Positions 19,905 to 29,464 are shown, counted from the first letter of the stretch. The stretch is 64,000 nt of DNA from an uncultured Chloroflexia bacterium (GCA_963779575.1 CAVZYT010000005.1:652636-716635); one strand, 5' to 3'. The notes: generated by a model from the sequence alone, not told the origin. Numbers and translations are program-made.

Positions 19905-21308
19905 ATGACCCTTCACGTTGATCCACCGGACGCGTCGATCGTTCGCAGGGGCGAACCGGCCGACGACCGAGACCTTCGTGTGATGGACCTCGATCAGGCC
20001 GATGCGGAGCTGATGGCCGCTGTCGTTCGACCCCTCGACGCCCCGACCGTTGCGGTCGTCGGTCTCGGCTACGTCGGGCTCCCGATCGCGCTCGGGCTCG
20101 AGGAGATCGGCTCGACCGTCATCGGTCTCGAGATCAGCCGGTCGCGGATCGCCGCGATCCGTGAGCTGTCCGTCGACCTCGTTCCCGAGGACCACGTCCG
20201 GCTGTCGACCGCGCTCCGTGGCGACCGCCTGCACCTGACCGACGACTCGGCCGCGATCGCGGCCGCGGACGCCGTGATCGTGTGCGTCCCGACTCCCGTC
20301 GACGAGTCCCAGGCCCCGGACCTCGACGCGCTTCGCGGCGCCTGCGCGACGGTCGTCGCGAACGCCCGCGTGGGCCAGGTGATCATCCTGACCTCGACCA
20401 GCTACGTCGGCTGCACTCGCGACCTGGTCGTCGACCCGCTCACCGAGCGCGGGTTCACCGTCGGCACCGACGTCTTCGTCGCCTTCGCCCCCGAGCGCAT
20501 CGATCCCGGTCGCGCCCACTACTCGCAGCGCATCGTCCCCCGCGTGATCGGCGGGGCATCGCCCGCCTGCGTGCGCCGGGCCGCCGAGGTCATCGGCCGC
20601 GTCGCGCCGGTGCACACGGTCACCTCGACCGAGGCAGCGGAGTTCACGAAGCTGCTTGAGAACTCGTTCCGGGCGGTCAACATCGCGTTCGCGAACGAGA
20701 TGGAGACGGCGGCGATGTCGCTCGGCCTCCAGTTCGACGAGATCGTCGCGGCGGCGTCGACCAAGCCGTTCGGGTACATGCCCTTCCAGGCCGGCGTCGG
20801 CGTGGGCGGCCACTGCATCCCGTGCGACCCGCACTACCTCCTGTGGCAGCTCCGGCGCGAGCGCCTCGCGGCGCCCGTCCTGCAGCGCGCGATGGAGGGC
20901 ATCGCCGCCCGGCCGGGCGAGATCGTCGATCGGGCGATCCGGCAGCTGGCCGACGAAGGCATCGCGATCCGCGGCGCGAGCGTGCTGATCGTCGGCGTGG
21001 CCTACAAGCCGGGCGTCGAGGACATGCGCGAGTCGCCGGCGATCGAGGTCATCGAGCGTCTGCGCCACGCCGGCGCCGACGTCCAGTACACGGATGCGCT
21101 GATCCCCGCGGTCCATCTCCCGGACGGCGTCGCCCTGATGTCGATCGCCGACCCGAGCGCGCTCGAGACGGACCTCGTGATCGTCCACAGCATGCATCCG
21201 GGCGTGAGCCACGACTGGCTCGCCGGTCGCCGGGTCCTCGACCCGTCGGGCCGGTCCGTCGAAGCCCGCGCCGGGGTCGCCGCCGACTCGTTCGCGCCGG
21301 CCGGCTGA
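19905..21308 (+). CDS. Nucleotide-sugar (UDP-sugar) dehydrogenase, UDP-glucose/GDP-mannose dehydrogenase family
   Basis: TVAVVGLGYVGLPIALGLEEIG; FVAFAPERIDPGRAHYSQRIVPRVIGG; GVGVGGHCIPCDPHYLLWQ. Confidence 0.9.
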   Translation: MTLHVDPPDASIVRRGEPADDRDLRVMDLDQADAELMAAVVRPLDAPTVAVVGLGYVGLPIALGLEEIGSTVIGLEISRSRIAAIRELSVDLVPEDHVRLSTALRGDRLHLTDDSAAIAAADAVIVCVPTPVDESQAPDLDALRGACATVVANARVGQVIILTSTSYVGCTRDLVVDPLTERGFTVGTDVFVAFAPERIDPGRAHYSQRIVPRVIGGASPACVRRAAEVIGRVAPVHTVTSTEAAEFTKLLENSFRAVNIAFANEMETAAMSLGLQFDEIVAAASTKPFGYMPFQAGVGVGGHCIPCDPHYLLWQLRRERLAAPVLQRAMEGIAARPGEIVDRAIRQLADEGIAIRGASVLIVGVAYKPGVEDMRESPAIEVIERLRHAGADVQYTDALIPAVHLPDGVALMSIADPSALETDLVIVHSMHPGVSHDWLAGRRVLDPSGRSVEARAGVAADSFAPAG

Positions 21309-21312
21309 CCCT

Positions 21313-21332
21313 CCGCCGGACCGCAGGGTCCG
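21313..21332 (+). terminator. Terminator-like hairpin after the nucleotide-sugar dehydrogenase
   Basis: Perfect 8-bp stem GCCGGACC-GCAG-GGTCCGGC starting 5 nt after the stop, followed by a pyrimidine-rich run. Confidence 0.6.
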
Positions 21333-21393
21333 GCTCCCTCCCGCAAGCGCCCACGGTCGCGCGCCACCCGGCGCGCGACTGGTGTGTCCGGCG

Positions 21394-22119
21394 TCAGTCG
21401 ACGGTGTCGCCCGGCTTCCAGTCGTGGACGGTGGCGTCGATGCCCCGCGCGGCCAGCTCCGCGGTCAGCGCCGCAGGCGTGCCGGCCAGGATCGGGAACG
21501 TCCCCCAGTGGACCGGCAGCACGTCGCGCACGCCGAGCAGGCCGACGGCCACCGCGGCTGACACCGGGTCCATCGTGAAGTGGCCGCCGATCGGCAGGAT
21601 CGCGAGGTCCGGCCGGTACAGCTCGCGGATCAGCGCCATGTCGCCGAACACGGTCGTGTCGCCGGCGTCGTAGATCCGGAACCCGTTCTCGAGCTCCACA
21701 ACGAAGCCCACCGCCTCGCCGAAGTAGCGAACGTCCGCGCCGCCCATGAGGTCGCCACTCGAGTGGGCGGCCGGGACCATCGTGATCCTGAGTCCGTGGG
21801 ACGTCACGGTCCCGCCGGCGTTCATGCCGATCACCTCGGCCTCGTCGCCGAGCTCGGCGCCCAGGTACAGGCTGAGCTCGTGGACGCAGGGCATGGCCGG
21901 GTGCAGCCGGCGCGCCAGCGAGAGCGTGTCCCCGTCGAAGTGGTCGAAATGGCCGTGGGTGAGCAGGAGCACGTCGCCCCGCTCCTGGGCGTCGACTCCC
22001 CGAGGGCTGTTCGGGTTGCCGAACCAGGGATCGACGAGAAGGACCTGGCCGCCGGGCGTCACGATCTCGACGCCGGCATGCCCGAGCCAGGTGAACGTGG
22101 TGTCCCGACCGATCGCCAT
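21394..22119 (-). CDS. Metal-dependent hydrolase, metallo-beta-lactamase superfamily (UPF0173-like)
   Basis: TFTWLGHAGVEIVTPGGQVLLVDPWFGNP; LLTHGHFDHFDGDTLSLA; DLAILPIGGHFTMDP; VLPVHWGTFP. Confidence 0.88.
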   Translation of the reverse strand: MAIGRDTTFTWLGHAGVEIVTPGGQVLLVDPWFGNPNSPRGVDAQERGDVLLLTHGHFDHFDGDTLSLARRLHPAMPCVHELSLYLGAELGDEAEVIGMNAGGTVTSHGLRITMVPAAHSSGDLMGGADVRYFGEAVGFVVELENGFRIYDAGDTTVFGDMALIRELYRPDLAILPIGGHFTMDPVSAAVAVGLLGVRDVLPVHWGTFPILAGTPAALTAELAARGIDATVHDWKPGDTVD

Positions 22120-22230
22120 CGAAGCCTCCCTGCCGCGCCGCGGTGCTCGCGTTCGTTCGTGGCCGCCATTATCCGCCGCCCGGCCGCCGGCAGGTCGGCC
22201 CAGGAGCGGGGTCGCGGCTACACTCCGCCC

Positions 22231-23079
22231 GTGCCCGCTGAGCAGATCGCCACCAATCTCGCGCTGATCAACTGGACGCTGCTCACCGGCCTCGCGGTCG
22301 GCTCGTTCGCCGTCGTGGTGCTCGCGCGGCTGGCCACGCCGGCGACCAAGGGCTACCTCGCGTTCACGGCCGCGTGCGCCGCGGGCTTCGGGGCGCTGGC
22401 CTACCTGTCCGACACGGGGCTGCCAGTCGTCGGGTCGGGCTCGCCGATCCCGGTCAACGCGGCGTTCGACGAACCGCGGCGCTTCGCGCTGATCGTGTTC
22501 GTGGTGCTGGCCATCGTGACGACGGTCGCGCTTGCCCGCGGGCGCCGCGCCGTCGTGCCGGCGATCGCCGGGCTGGTCGCCGGGCTTGCGGTGATCCTGC
22601 TGGGCGCCCTGACCTGGGGCGGCAGCCCGCTGGGCGTCGTTCCGCTGGCGATCCAGCTGACGGTCCTCGCGGCGGCGACCGGCGGCGTGTTCGCGGCGAT
22701 GATCCTCGGGCACTGGTACCTCGTGACGCCGCGGCTGCCCGAGGCGCCGCTCGTGATGGTCTCGCGCCGGCTGCTGTGGATCGTGGCCCTCCAGGTCGTG
22801 CTGTTCGTGGGCTGGGTGGGCTTCGGCGCCGGGCCGGGCTCCGCCGCGGCCGGCGGCGGGCCGTTCGCGGCGCTGGTCGGGCCGTGGGCGCTGTTCGTGT
22901 GGCTGCGCCTGGTCATCGGGCTCGTCTTCCCGCTGATCGTGTCCTGGGCGGCGGTGCAGACGGCGCGGACGCGCTCGATGGAGTCGGCGACTGGCCTGCT
23001 GTACATCGACGTCGGCGCCATCGCGGCCGGGACGATCCTCGCGGCCGGCCTCTACTTCGGCGCCGGGCTGCTGGTCTGA
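22231..23079 (+). CDS. Integral membrane protein of unknown function
   Basis: C-terminal part of ORF 21580..23079 from a GTG start: VPAEQIATNLALINWTLLTGLAVGSFAVVVLARL..., with about eight hydrophobic segments. Confidence 0.6.
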   Translation: MPAEQIATNLALINWTLLTGLAVGSFAVVVLARLATPATKGYLAFTAACAAGFGALAYLSDTGLPVVGSGSPIPVNAAFDEPRRFALIVFVVLAIVTTVALARGRRAVVPAIAGLVAGLAVILLGALTWGGSPLGVVPLAIQLTVLAAATGGVFAAMILGHWYLVTPRLPEAPLVMVSRRLLWIVALQVVLFVGWVGFGAGPGSAAAGGGPFAALVGPWALFVWLRLVIGLVFPLIVSWAAVQTARTRSMESATGLLYIDVGAIAAGTILAAGLYFGAGLLV

Positions 23080-23858
23080 TGGCGGCGGACCGGCTGCTGC
23101 CGCCGCTGCGGATCCGCGTCCGCCTGTTCGCGATGCAGCGCGAGATCGCGGGGATGCGCGAGCTGCGGCTCGAGGTGCCGGTCGGGTCGACCGTGGACGA
23201 CGCCTGGACCGCCGTCGCGGGGTCCGTGCCCGCGCTCGCCGCCGGCCGCTCCTCGCTGCGCTTCGCCGTCAACGGCACGTACGCCGACCCGGACACGACC
23301 CTCGCCGACGGCGACGAGCTCGCCTGCATCCCGCCGGTCAGCGGCGGGTCCGGCGATGCGTCCGAGCGGATCCTCGAGATCCACGCCGAGCCGTTCCCGG
23401 CCGACATCGTGCAGGTGCTGACCGAGCGCCTCGCGACGGACGAGGACGGCGGGGTGGTCGCGTTCACCGGCCGCACGCGCTCGACGCCAGGGACGCCGGC
23501 GCCGGGCCAGGAGGACGCGGCCGCGCGGCACGCCGGCCGACGGGTCGACGGCCTCGAGTACGAGACGTTCGAGTCGATGGCGATCGCGGTGCTCGGGGAG
23601 ATCGCTGACGAGGTGGAGGCACGGTTCGGCGTCGGGCGCCTCGCGATCGTCCATCGCTCCGGCGCCGTGCCGCTGGGGGCCGCGTCGGTCGTGATCGTGG
23701 CCGTCGCGCCTCACCGCGACGCCGCGTTCGCGGCCGCACGCTACGCGATCGACGAGACCAAGGCGCGGGCGCCGATCTGGAAGGCCGAGCGGTTCACCGA
23801 CGGCCACGTCTGGATCGGGCACACCGCCCGCACATCGGCGGAACCCCCGGCCGGCTGA
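23079..23858 (+). CDS. MoaD-MoaE fusion, molybdopterin synthase
   Basis: N-terminal MoaD-like domain (RVRLFAMQREIAGMRELRLEVPVGSTVDDAW...CIPPVSGG) fused to MoaE (EDGGVVAFTGRTRS, LEYETFESMAIAVLGEIADEVEARFGVGRLAIVHRSGAVPLG). Confidence 0.85.
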   Translation: MAADRLLPPLRIRVRLFAMQREIAGMRELRLEVPVGSTVDDAWTAVAGSVPALAAGRSSLRFAVNGTYADPDTTLADGDELACIPPVSGGSGDASERILEIHAEPFPADIVQVLTERLATDEDGGVVAFTGRTRSTPGTPAPGQEDAAARHAGRRVDGLEYETFESMAIAVLGEIADEVEARFGVGRLAIVHRSGAVPLGAASVVIVAVAPHRDAAFAAARYAIDETKARAPIWKAERFTDGHVWIGHTARTSAEPPAG

Positions 23859-23917
23859 CGGGGTTCGGACTGGCCCGCGGTTCGCGCCGTCCCGGCGGTG
23901 CCAGCCATACTGCGGGC

Positions 23918-25495
23918 ATGCAGCAGCTTGCGGAGGGATCGGACCTCGAGGCCCTGCTCGCGCGCGCCAACGGGCTCGCCGTCGCCTGGGGCTCGGGCGC
24001 GGCGTCGTCGACGACGATCGGGCAGGAGCGCGCGATCCTGCGCCTGTTCGGCGTGACCGGGGTCGACCGGGCCGGGCGGCCGCTCGCCGCGGAGGTCGTC
24101 GACCGCTATCTCGGGCCGGACCCCCGCCGCCTCGGCGGCGGGATCGCGCTGCCGTTCGCGATGGCCCTGGCCGAGTACGACCTCGCCCCCCAGGAGCTGG
24201 CCCTCGCGGTCGCGGCGGGCGACGTCGACCTCGGGCTCGAGGGGGAGCTCCTGGCGGAGCCCGACCGGCGGGCGATCGCGCTCGCCGATGCGACGGCGCT
24301 GTCGCGGGCCGCGATGGACCGCATCGACGCCAACCGGACGGCACGGCGGGAGCTGCTCGCGGTCCTCGGCGATCCGCCGCGGCCGTGGCTCGGGACGGGC
24401 CTCGGGTCGGCGGCGATCGTGGACGCCCTTGACGAAGCCCGGACCGCGATCGACGGCGGGGCCGAGCTCGTGCGGGTCGACGTCCCGGCCAGCCGGGAGC
24501 TGGCCGAGCGGACGGCCCGGACCGCGGCGCCGGTCGAGCGCTGGCGGGCGCAGCCATCGTCGCGCGGCGGGCTCGACGGGTTCGATCCGTCGGGGCAGCC
24601 GATCCCCACCGGCGCCCAGCGCTCGCTCGCGGTCCTTCGCCGGTTCGTCGACGAGGCCGGTGCGCGCCGTCGCGGCTACATCCGGATCATGACCGACGCG
24701 CAGGCCCTCGCCGCGCCCGACCAGGCCGTCGTCGCCGCCTTCGAGCGGATCGACATCGTCATCGCCGACCCGATGCGCGAGATCGTCTCGGGTCGCGTCG
24801 ACCCCGACCGCGCGATCGCCGACCACGTCTTCGCCCACCGGCTCCTCGGTCGCGCCGGCACGCGGATCCTCGTTCCGGCCGGGCCGCTGATCGTGGCCCG
24901 CGACCTGTCCTCCGGCGTGCCGTCGGACCCGGCCACGCGCGCCGGACGCGCCCTCGCGCTCCAGCTGCTGGCCGTCGCGCTCGCCCGTCGCGACGGGCTG
25001 CCAGACGACGCCGTCGTCCTCGGCGCGTTCCCGGACTGGCTGGTCGAGGAGTCGGATGCGCCGGCGCGCGTCGCCGCCGAGGTCGCCATTCGCCGCGCGT
25101 TGCTGCCCGGCCACCCGGTCGCGTTCGTCGAGCCGCCGCTACGAGCGGACCTGGCGACGATGTGGCACGCGATCGTGGCCGCGCTGCTGCCGGACGCGGG
25201 CGACGCGCTCGCGATCGTCCGCCGGCCCGGGGCATCGAGCGTGGAGACGGCCCAGTCCCGCGGCGCGACCTCGGTCGCGGCGAGCCTGCGGGCGTCGCGC
25301 GCGACGCCGGAGCTGCGTGGGATGGCGCTGGACCATGCGACGCGCGCGGTCGCCGCCGCAAGCGCGACGCTGCGCGCGCTCGAGGAAGGCGGCTGGGGCA
25401 CGCTCGTCGACGAGACTCTCGGGTTCGCGTCCGGACGGCTGGGTGCCGAGGCCGTCGCCGAGCGCACCGAGGCGTTCGACCCGCTCGGGTTCTGA
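23918..25495 (+). CDS. Lysine 5,6-aminomutase alpha-subunit (KamD)-like TIM-barrel protein, divergent
   Basis: TTIGQERAILRLFGVTGVDRAGRPL...GLGSAAIVDALDEARTAIDGGAELVRVDV...GARRRGYIRIMTDAQALAAPDQAVVAAFERIDIVIADPMREIVSG: same overall layout as KamD by eye. Confidence 0.5.
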   Translation: MQQLAEGSDLEALLARANGLAVAWGSGAASSTTIGQERAILRLFGVTGVDRAGRPLAAEVVDRYLGPDPRRLGGGIALPFAMALAEYDLAPQELALAVAAGDVDLGLEGELLAEPDRRAIALADATALSRAAMDRIDANRTARRELLAVLGDPPRPWLGTGLGSAAIVDALDEARTAIDGGAELVRVDVPASRELAERTARTAAPVERWRAQPSSRGGLDGFDPSGQPIPTGAQRSLAVLRRFVDEAGARRRGYIRIMTDAQALAAPDQAVVAAFERIDIVIADPMREIVSGRVDPDRAIADHVFAHRLLGRAGTRILVPAGPLIVARDLSSGVPSDPATRAGRALALQLLAVALARRDGLPDDAVVLGAFPDWLVEESDAPARVAAEVAIRRALLPGHPVAFVEPPLRADLATMWHAIVAALLPDAGDALAIVRRPGASSVETAQSRGATSVAASLRASRATPELRGMALDHATRAVAAASATLRALEEGGWGTLVDETLGFASGRLGAEAVAERTEAFDPLGF

Positions 25496-25505
25496 GCGGG
25501 GCCGG

Positions 25506-25955
25506 CTACAGCCTCCTGAGGCCGTCGGGCTCGTCGTCGTCCACGAGGCGGCCGCAGGTCGGGCAGTTCCAGCGGGCCTCGAGGGGCGTGCCGCAGACCT
25601 CGTGGCGGAGGGGCTCGCCGGGGCCGCCGCGGCGGACGCCCCAGTCGGCCAGCAGGTGCAGCGCCCCGGCCAGCTCGCGGCCGTCGGCGGTGAGCGCGTA
25701 TTCCATGCGGACGGGGCGCCGGGTATACGGCGTGGCGACGAGGATGCCGACGCGCTCGAGGCGGCGCAGCCGGTCCGAGAGGATGTTGGGCGCGATCCCC
25801 GTGACCGACTCGCCGAGCTCGCCGAACCGCCGCGCGCCCGGCAGCAGCGCCTCGACGATCAGCAGGCTCCAGCGGTCGCCGACCCGGTCGAGCGCGATGC
25901 CCAGGGCACTCGCGGCCTCTATGGCGCGGGGTGAGGCGTCGGTGGGGGTGCTCAT
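25506..25955 (-). CDS. HxlR-family winged-helix transcriptional regulator
   Basis: ALDRVGDRWSLLIVEALLPGARRFGELGESVTGIAPNILSDRLRRLERVGIL. Confidence 0.85.
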   Translation of the reverse strand: MSTPTDASPRAIEAASALGIALDRVGDRWSLLIVEALLPGARRFGELGESVTGIAPNILSDRLRRLERVGILVATPYTRRPVRMEYALTADGRELAGALHLLADWGVRRGGPGEPLRHEVCGTPLEARWNCPTCGRLVDDDEPDGLRRL

Positions 25956-26005
25956 CGGGTCCATGGTAGGCGAGGGACTTGCGGGACGGGCGGGGCGGTA
26001 GTAGA

Positions 26006-26018
26006 TTGCAAATCGCAA
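26006..26018. promoter_or_regulatory. Small inverted repeat in the divergent HxlR/protease intergenic region
   Basis: TTGC-AAATC-GCAA in an AT-richer stretch between two divergent genes. Confidence 0.35.
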
Positions 26019-26071
26019 GTCACTGGCTCGATCGTGAGCCACAGCACCCCAGTCCCGAGGTTCCTTCGCTC

Positions 26072-26977
26072 ATGTCCGTGCTCAACGAGCTCCAGGAGGC
26101 CGTCGCCGCGGTGGCCGCCTCCGTCGGCCCTTCCGTCGTCGGGATCGGCTCCCGGCTGCGCGGCTCCGGCGTCGTCGTCGCCGACGGCCGGGTCCTGACC
26201 AACGCCCACAACCTTCGCGGCGGCGAGGTCACCGTGCGCTTTCCTGGCGGTCGAACCGCCGTCGGCACCGTGAAGGGCGTCGACTGGGACGGTGACCTGG
26301 CGGTCGTCGAGGTCGACACCGCCGGTGCTCCGGCGATCACGTGGTCGGGTGGCAACGTCACCATCGGCTCCGCCGTGTTCGCGGCCGCCGCAACATCATC
26401 GGGCGGCGCGCGCGTGTCGTTCGGGTTCGTGTCGTCCGTCGAGCGGGCGTTTCGCGGCCCCGGCGGCCGGCGCATCTCCGGCTCCTTCGAGCACACGGCG
26501 CCACTTGCCCCGGGCTCGTCCGGCAGCCCGCTCCTCGACGCCGACGGGGCGCTGGCCGGCCTGAACACGAACCGGGTGGGCGAAGGCTTCTACCTGGCCC
26601 TGCCGGCCGACGCCGGCCTCAAGTCGCGCGTGGACGCCCTCGGCCGGGGCGAAGCGCACGAGCGGCCGCACCTCGGGATCGCGGTCGCGCCGGCCCACGT
26701 TGCCCGGCGGCTCCGGCGATCCGTCGGCCTGCCCGAGCTCGACGGCGTGCTCGTGCGCGGCGTGGAGGAGGGCAGCCCCGCTGAGGCGGCCGGCATCCTC
26801 GAAGGCGACCTGCTGGTTGCCGCGGGCGGCAAGCCCATCCCCGACATCGACGATCTCCACGATGTCCTCGGCGAGGCCGGCCTGCCCCTCGAAGTGACGC
26901 TCGTGCGCGGCACCGAGGAGCGGACGGTCACTGTCGGGCCGGCGCCGGCCGACAACGGGGAGACGCTCGTCAACTAG
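26072..26977 (+). CDS. S1C trypsin-like serine protease with C-terminal PDZ domain (DegP/HtrA-like)
   Basis: GSGVVVADGRVLTNAHNLRGGEVTV; DGDLAVVEVD; APLAPGSSGSPLLDADGALAGLNTN; PDZ VLVRGVEEGSPAEAAGILEGDLLVAAGGKPIPDIDDL. Confidence 0.9.
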   Translation: MSVLNELQEAVAAVAASVGPSVVGIGSRLRGSGVVVADGRVLTNAHNLRGGEVTVRFPGGRTAVGTVKGVDWDGDLAVVEVDTAGAPAITWSGGNVTIGSAVFAAAATSSGGARVSFGFVSSVERAFRGPGGRRISGSFEHTAPLAPGSSGSPLLDADGALAGLNTNRVGEGFYLALPADAGLKSRVDALGRGEAHERPHLGIAVAPAHVARRLRRSVGLPELDGVLVRGVEEGSPAEAAGILEGDLLVAAGGKPIPDIDDLHDVLGEAGLPLEVTLVRGTEERTVTVGPAPADNGETLVN

Positions 26978-27038
26978 CGCTTCGGGGGCGGCGGCGGGCA
27001 CGTTCGGGGACCACCGCCCGCTGCTAGCATCGCGGCGT

Positions 27039-28649
27039 ATGGCCCGCCCGCCGCTGCCCCGGTTCATCGCCGATGTCGTCGAAGACCGGCAGGCCCGAGC
27101 CGCGCTCATGGCTGGGGCGGCCGCCCTGTTCGCCGCCGGCCTCGACCCCAAGGTCTGGGGCCCGTCGCTCACGACGGTGCAGTCGGCGATCCGCGCCCGG
27201 CCCGAGCTCGAGTCAATCGTGCTGGTCGGGGCCGTCGGCTTCGCGATCATGCTCCTGATCGGCGGCGCGATCGGCGACCTCCGTCGGGCCAGGCCGCTGA
27301 TCCTGGGCGGGCTCGTCGCGCTCGTGGCGATGGACGCCGTCGGGCTGGTCGTGACGTCCGGGCCGGGCTTCGTCGCGGCCCGCCTCGTCGGCTCCGCCGC
27401 CTCGGCCCTTGTGGTCCCGGCCTCGCTCGCTTGCGTCGCGCTCGCCTACCGCGGCGTTGCCCGGGCGACCGCGATCGGCTTCGCCTATGCGGCGTACGGC
27501 GGCGCGCAGGCCATGATGCCGACGCTGCTGACCCTGATCCCGGGCGAACGGTGGCCCGGGTTCGTGGCGGCGGCGCTCGCGGCCGTGCTCGCGCTGGCGA
27601 TCGCGCGCAGCCGGGTTCCGGAGCTCGAGCGACCGGGTCGGGCCGAGCGCCCGTACGTCCTGGGAACGGCACTCTGGGCGAGCAGCATCGTCGCGATCTC
27701 TGCCGGCCTGCTGTGGCTGGGGAGCGGCTGGGACAACCCGGTGCGGCTCGCCATCGTCGGGCTCGGCATCGCGCTGCTGGTGGTGTTCTTCACCTGGGAG
27801 CGCCGTCGGCGCGCGGAGCATCCGGCGGCGCTGAAGGTGGATCGTCGTCCGGTGACCATCGCACTGTTCGCGGGCGTGGTGATCGCGATCGCCCAGTCGG
27901 TGCCCATGGTGCTGCTGCCGACGTACTTCTCGATCGTTGCCCGGTACGGGCCAGTGTTCGGGTTGGTCGCGGTCGCCCCGCTGTTCCTGGGGCTCGTCGC
28001 CGCCGGGCCAGTCGCGGGCTACCTGCTGTCGCGCTCGTCGCCGCGCGTGCTGGTCTCTGCCGGGCTGGCGGTGGTCGGGATCGGCAACCTGCTGGTGGCC
28101 GCGCTCGCCGGTCCCGGCACCGGCTACGGGCTGTTCGTGCTGCCCCTGCTGTTCATCGGCGTCGGCTTCGTCGTCGCCACCACCGTGCGGACGGCGATCA
28201 TCTTCGCCAGCGTCCCACGGGGCCTGCCGGCAACGGCTGCGGCGCTGAACGAGGCGTCGATCGCCGTCGGCAACCGGATGGGCATCGTCCTCGTCACGGC
28301 GATCGTCTCGCTGGTGTCGATGGCGGCATTCGACAGCTCACAGGCCGGGATCGCCCCGCAGGTCGCGGCGGCCGCCCGCCAGCAGTTCTCCGATCTTCTC
28401 GTTGCCGTCGGGACACCTGCGTTCACCTCGCTCGCCCGCGCGGTGCAGGCGTCTGACACGGCGGGTTACGTCGACGCGTATGTGACCGGCGTCCGCACGG
28501 CCCTGGCGCTGGGCGGCGGGGCGGCGGTTGCCGCCGGGCTCGTCGTCTGGTTCGGGTTGGGTCGTCGCGACCCGCTCGTGGCGCGCGGCGTCGACCCGAT
28601 GGCCTCGGTCTACGAGCACCGCGACGAGCGCGTCACCGCGGAGCCGTGA
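27039..28649 (+). CDS. MFS transporter (EmrB/QacA-like, 12-14 TM)
   Basis: 536-aa polytopic protein: AAYGGAQAMMPTLLTLIPGERWPGFVAAALAAVLALAIA; VVIAIAQSVPMVLLPTYFSIVARYGPVFGLVAVAPLFLGLVAAGPVAGYLLSR. Confidence 0.8.
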   Translation: MARPPLPRFIADVVEDRQARAALMAGAAALFAAGLDPKVWGPSLTTVQSAIRARPELESIVLVGAVGFAIMLLIGGAIGDLRRARPLILGGLVALVAMDAVGLVVTSGPGFVAARLVGSAASALVVPASLACVALAYRGVARATAIGFAYAAYGGAQAMMPTLLTLIPGERWPGFVAAALAAVLALAIARSRVPELERPGRAERPYVLGTALWASSIVAISAGLLWLGSGWDNPVRLAIVGLGIALLVVFFTWERRRRAEHPAALKVDRRPVTIALFAGVVIAIAQSVPMVLLPTYFSIVARYGPVFGLVAVAPLFLGLVAAGPVAGYLLSRSSPRVLVSAGLAVVGIGNLLVAALAGPGTGYGLFVLPLLFIGVGFVVATTVRTAIIFASVPRGLPATAAALNEASIAVGNRMGIVLVTAIVSLVSMAAFDSSQAGIAPQVAAAARQQFSDLLVAVGTPAFTSLARAVQASDTAGYVDAYVTGVRTALALGGGAAVAAGLVVWFGLGRRDPLVARGVDPMASVYEHRDERVTAEP

Positions 28650-29464
28650 CAATGGCCGGCATGACTGATCCGACAGCCGGCCTCCGCGAGGAGCGCCTCG
28701 CCCTGGACGAGGATCGCGGCGCGATCGTCGTGCTGACCCTCGACCGGCCCGGGGCGATGAACGCGATCGACGACATGATGCTGGCCGCCCTCCATGCGGC
28801 GCTCGACGGGGTCGCGGGCGACGACGGCGTGCGCGGGGTGGTCTTCGCCGGGTCCGGCGAGCGCGCCTTCTGCTCGGGCATGGACCTCAAGGAGCGCGCG
28901 GGATTCGGCGACGACGAGCTGCGGGCCCAGCGGGCGCTGATCGTCGGCCTGATCCGGCGGATCCACGAGCTGCCGGTGCCGACGATCGCGGCCGTCGACG
29001 GCGTCGCCCTTGGCGGGGGCTTCGAGCTGGCCCTCGCGTGCGACCTGATCGTGGCCGGACCGACGGCGAGCTTCGGCCTGCCCGAGGTCAGGATCGGGAT
29101 CTTCCCGGGCGGCGGGTCGACACAGACGCTGACCTGGCTCGTCGGGCCGGCGAGGACCCGGGACGTGATCCTCACTGGCCGTCGGCTGTCCGCGATCGAG
29201 GCCGAGGTGTGGGGGGTGGTCGCACGTGTCGTCGAATCCGGGCTGGCCCGCGACGAGGCGGTGGCGCTCGCAGCGTTGATCGCGGAGGGGGCCCCGCTTG
29301 GCATCCGCCAGGCGAAGGCGGCGATCCGTGGCGCGCACCGGGCGCTGGCCGCGGGCCTCGAGGCTGAGAACGAGCTCTACGAGACGGTGCTGGTCAGCGA
29401 CGATCGGCGCGAGGGCTTCCGCGCGTTCACCGAGAAGCGCAAGCCACGCTTCACGGGCCGGTGA
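28646..29464 (+). CDS. Enoyl-CoA hydratase/isomerase
   Basis: IVVLTLDRPGAMNAIDDMMLAALHAALDGV; RAFCSGMDLKERAGF; VPTIAAVDGVALGGGFELALACDLIVAGPTASFGLPEVRIGIFPGGGSTQTLTWLVG. Confidence 0.92.
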   Translation: MTMAGMTDPTAGLREERLALDEDRGAIVVLTLDRPGAMNAIDDMMLAALHAALDGVAGDDGVRGVVFAGSGERAFCSGMDLKERAGFGDDELRAQRALIVGLIRRIHELPVPTIAAVDGVALGGGFELALACDLIVAGPTASFGLPEVRIGIFPGGGSTQTLTWLVGPARTRDVILTGRRLSAIEAEVWGVVARVVESGLARDEAVALAALIAEGAPLGIRQAKAAIRGAHRALAAGLEAENELYETVLVSDDRREGFRAFTEKRKPRFTGR

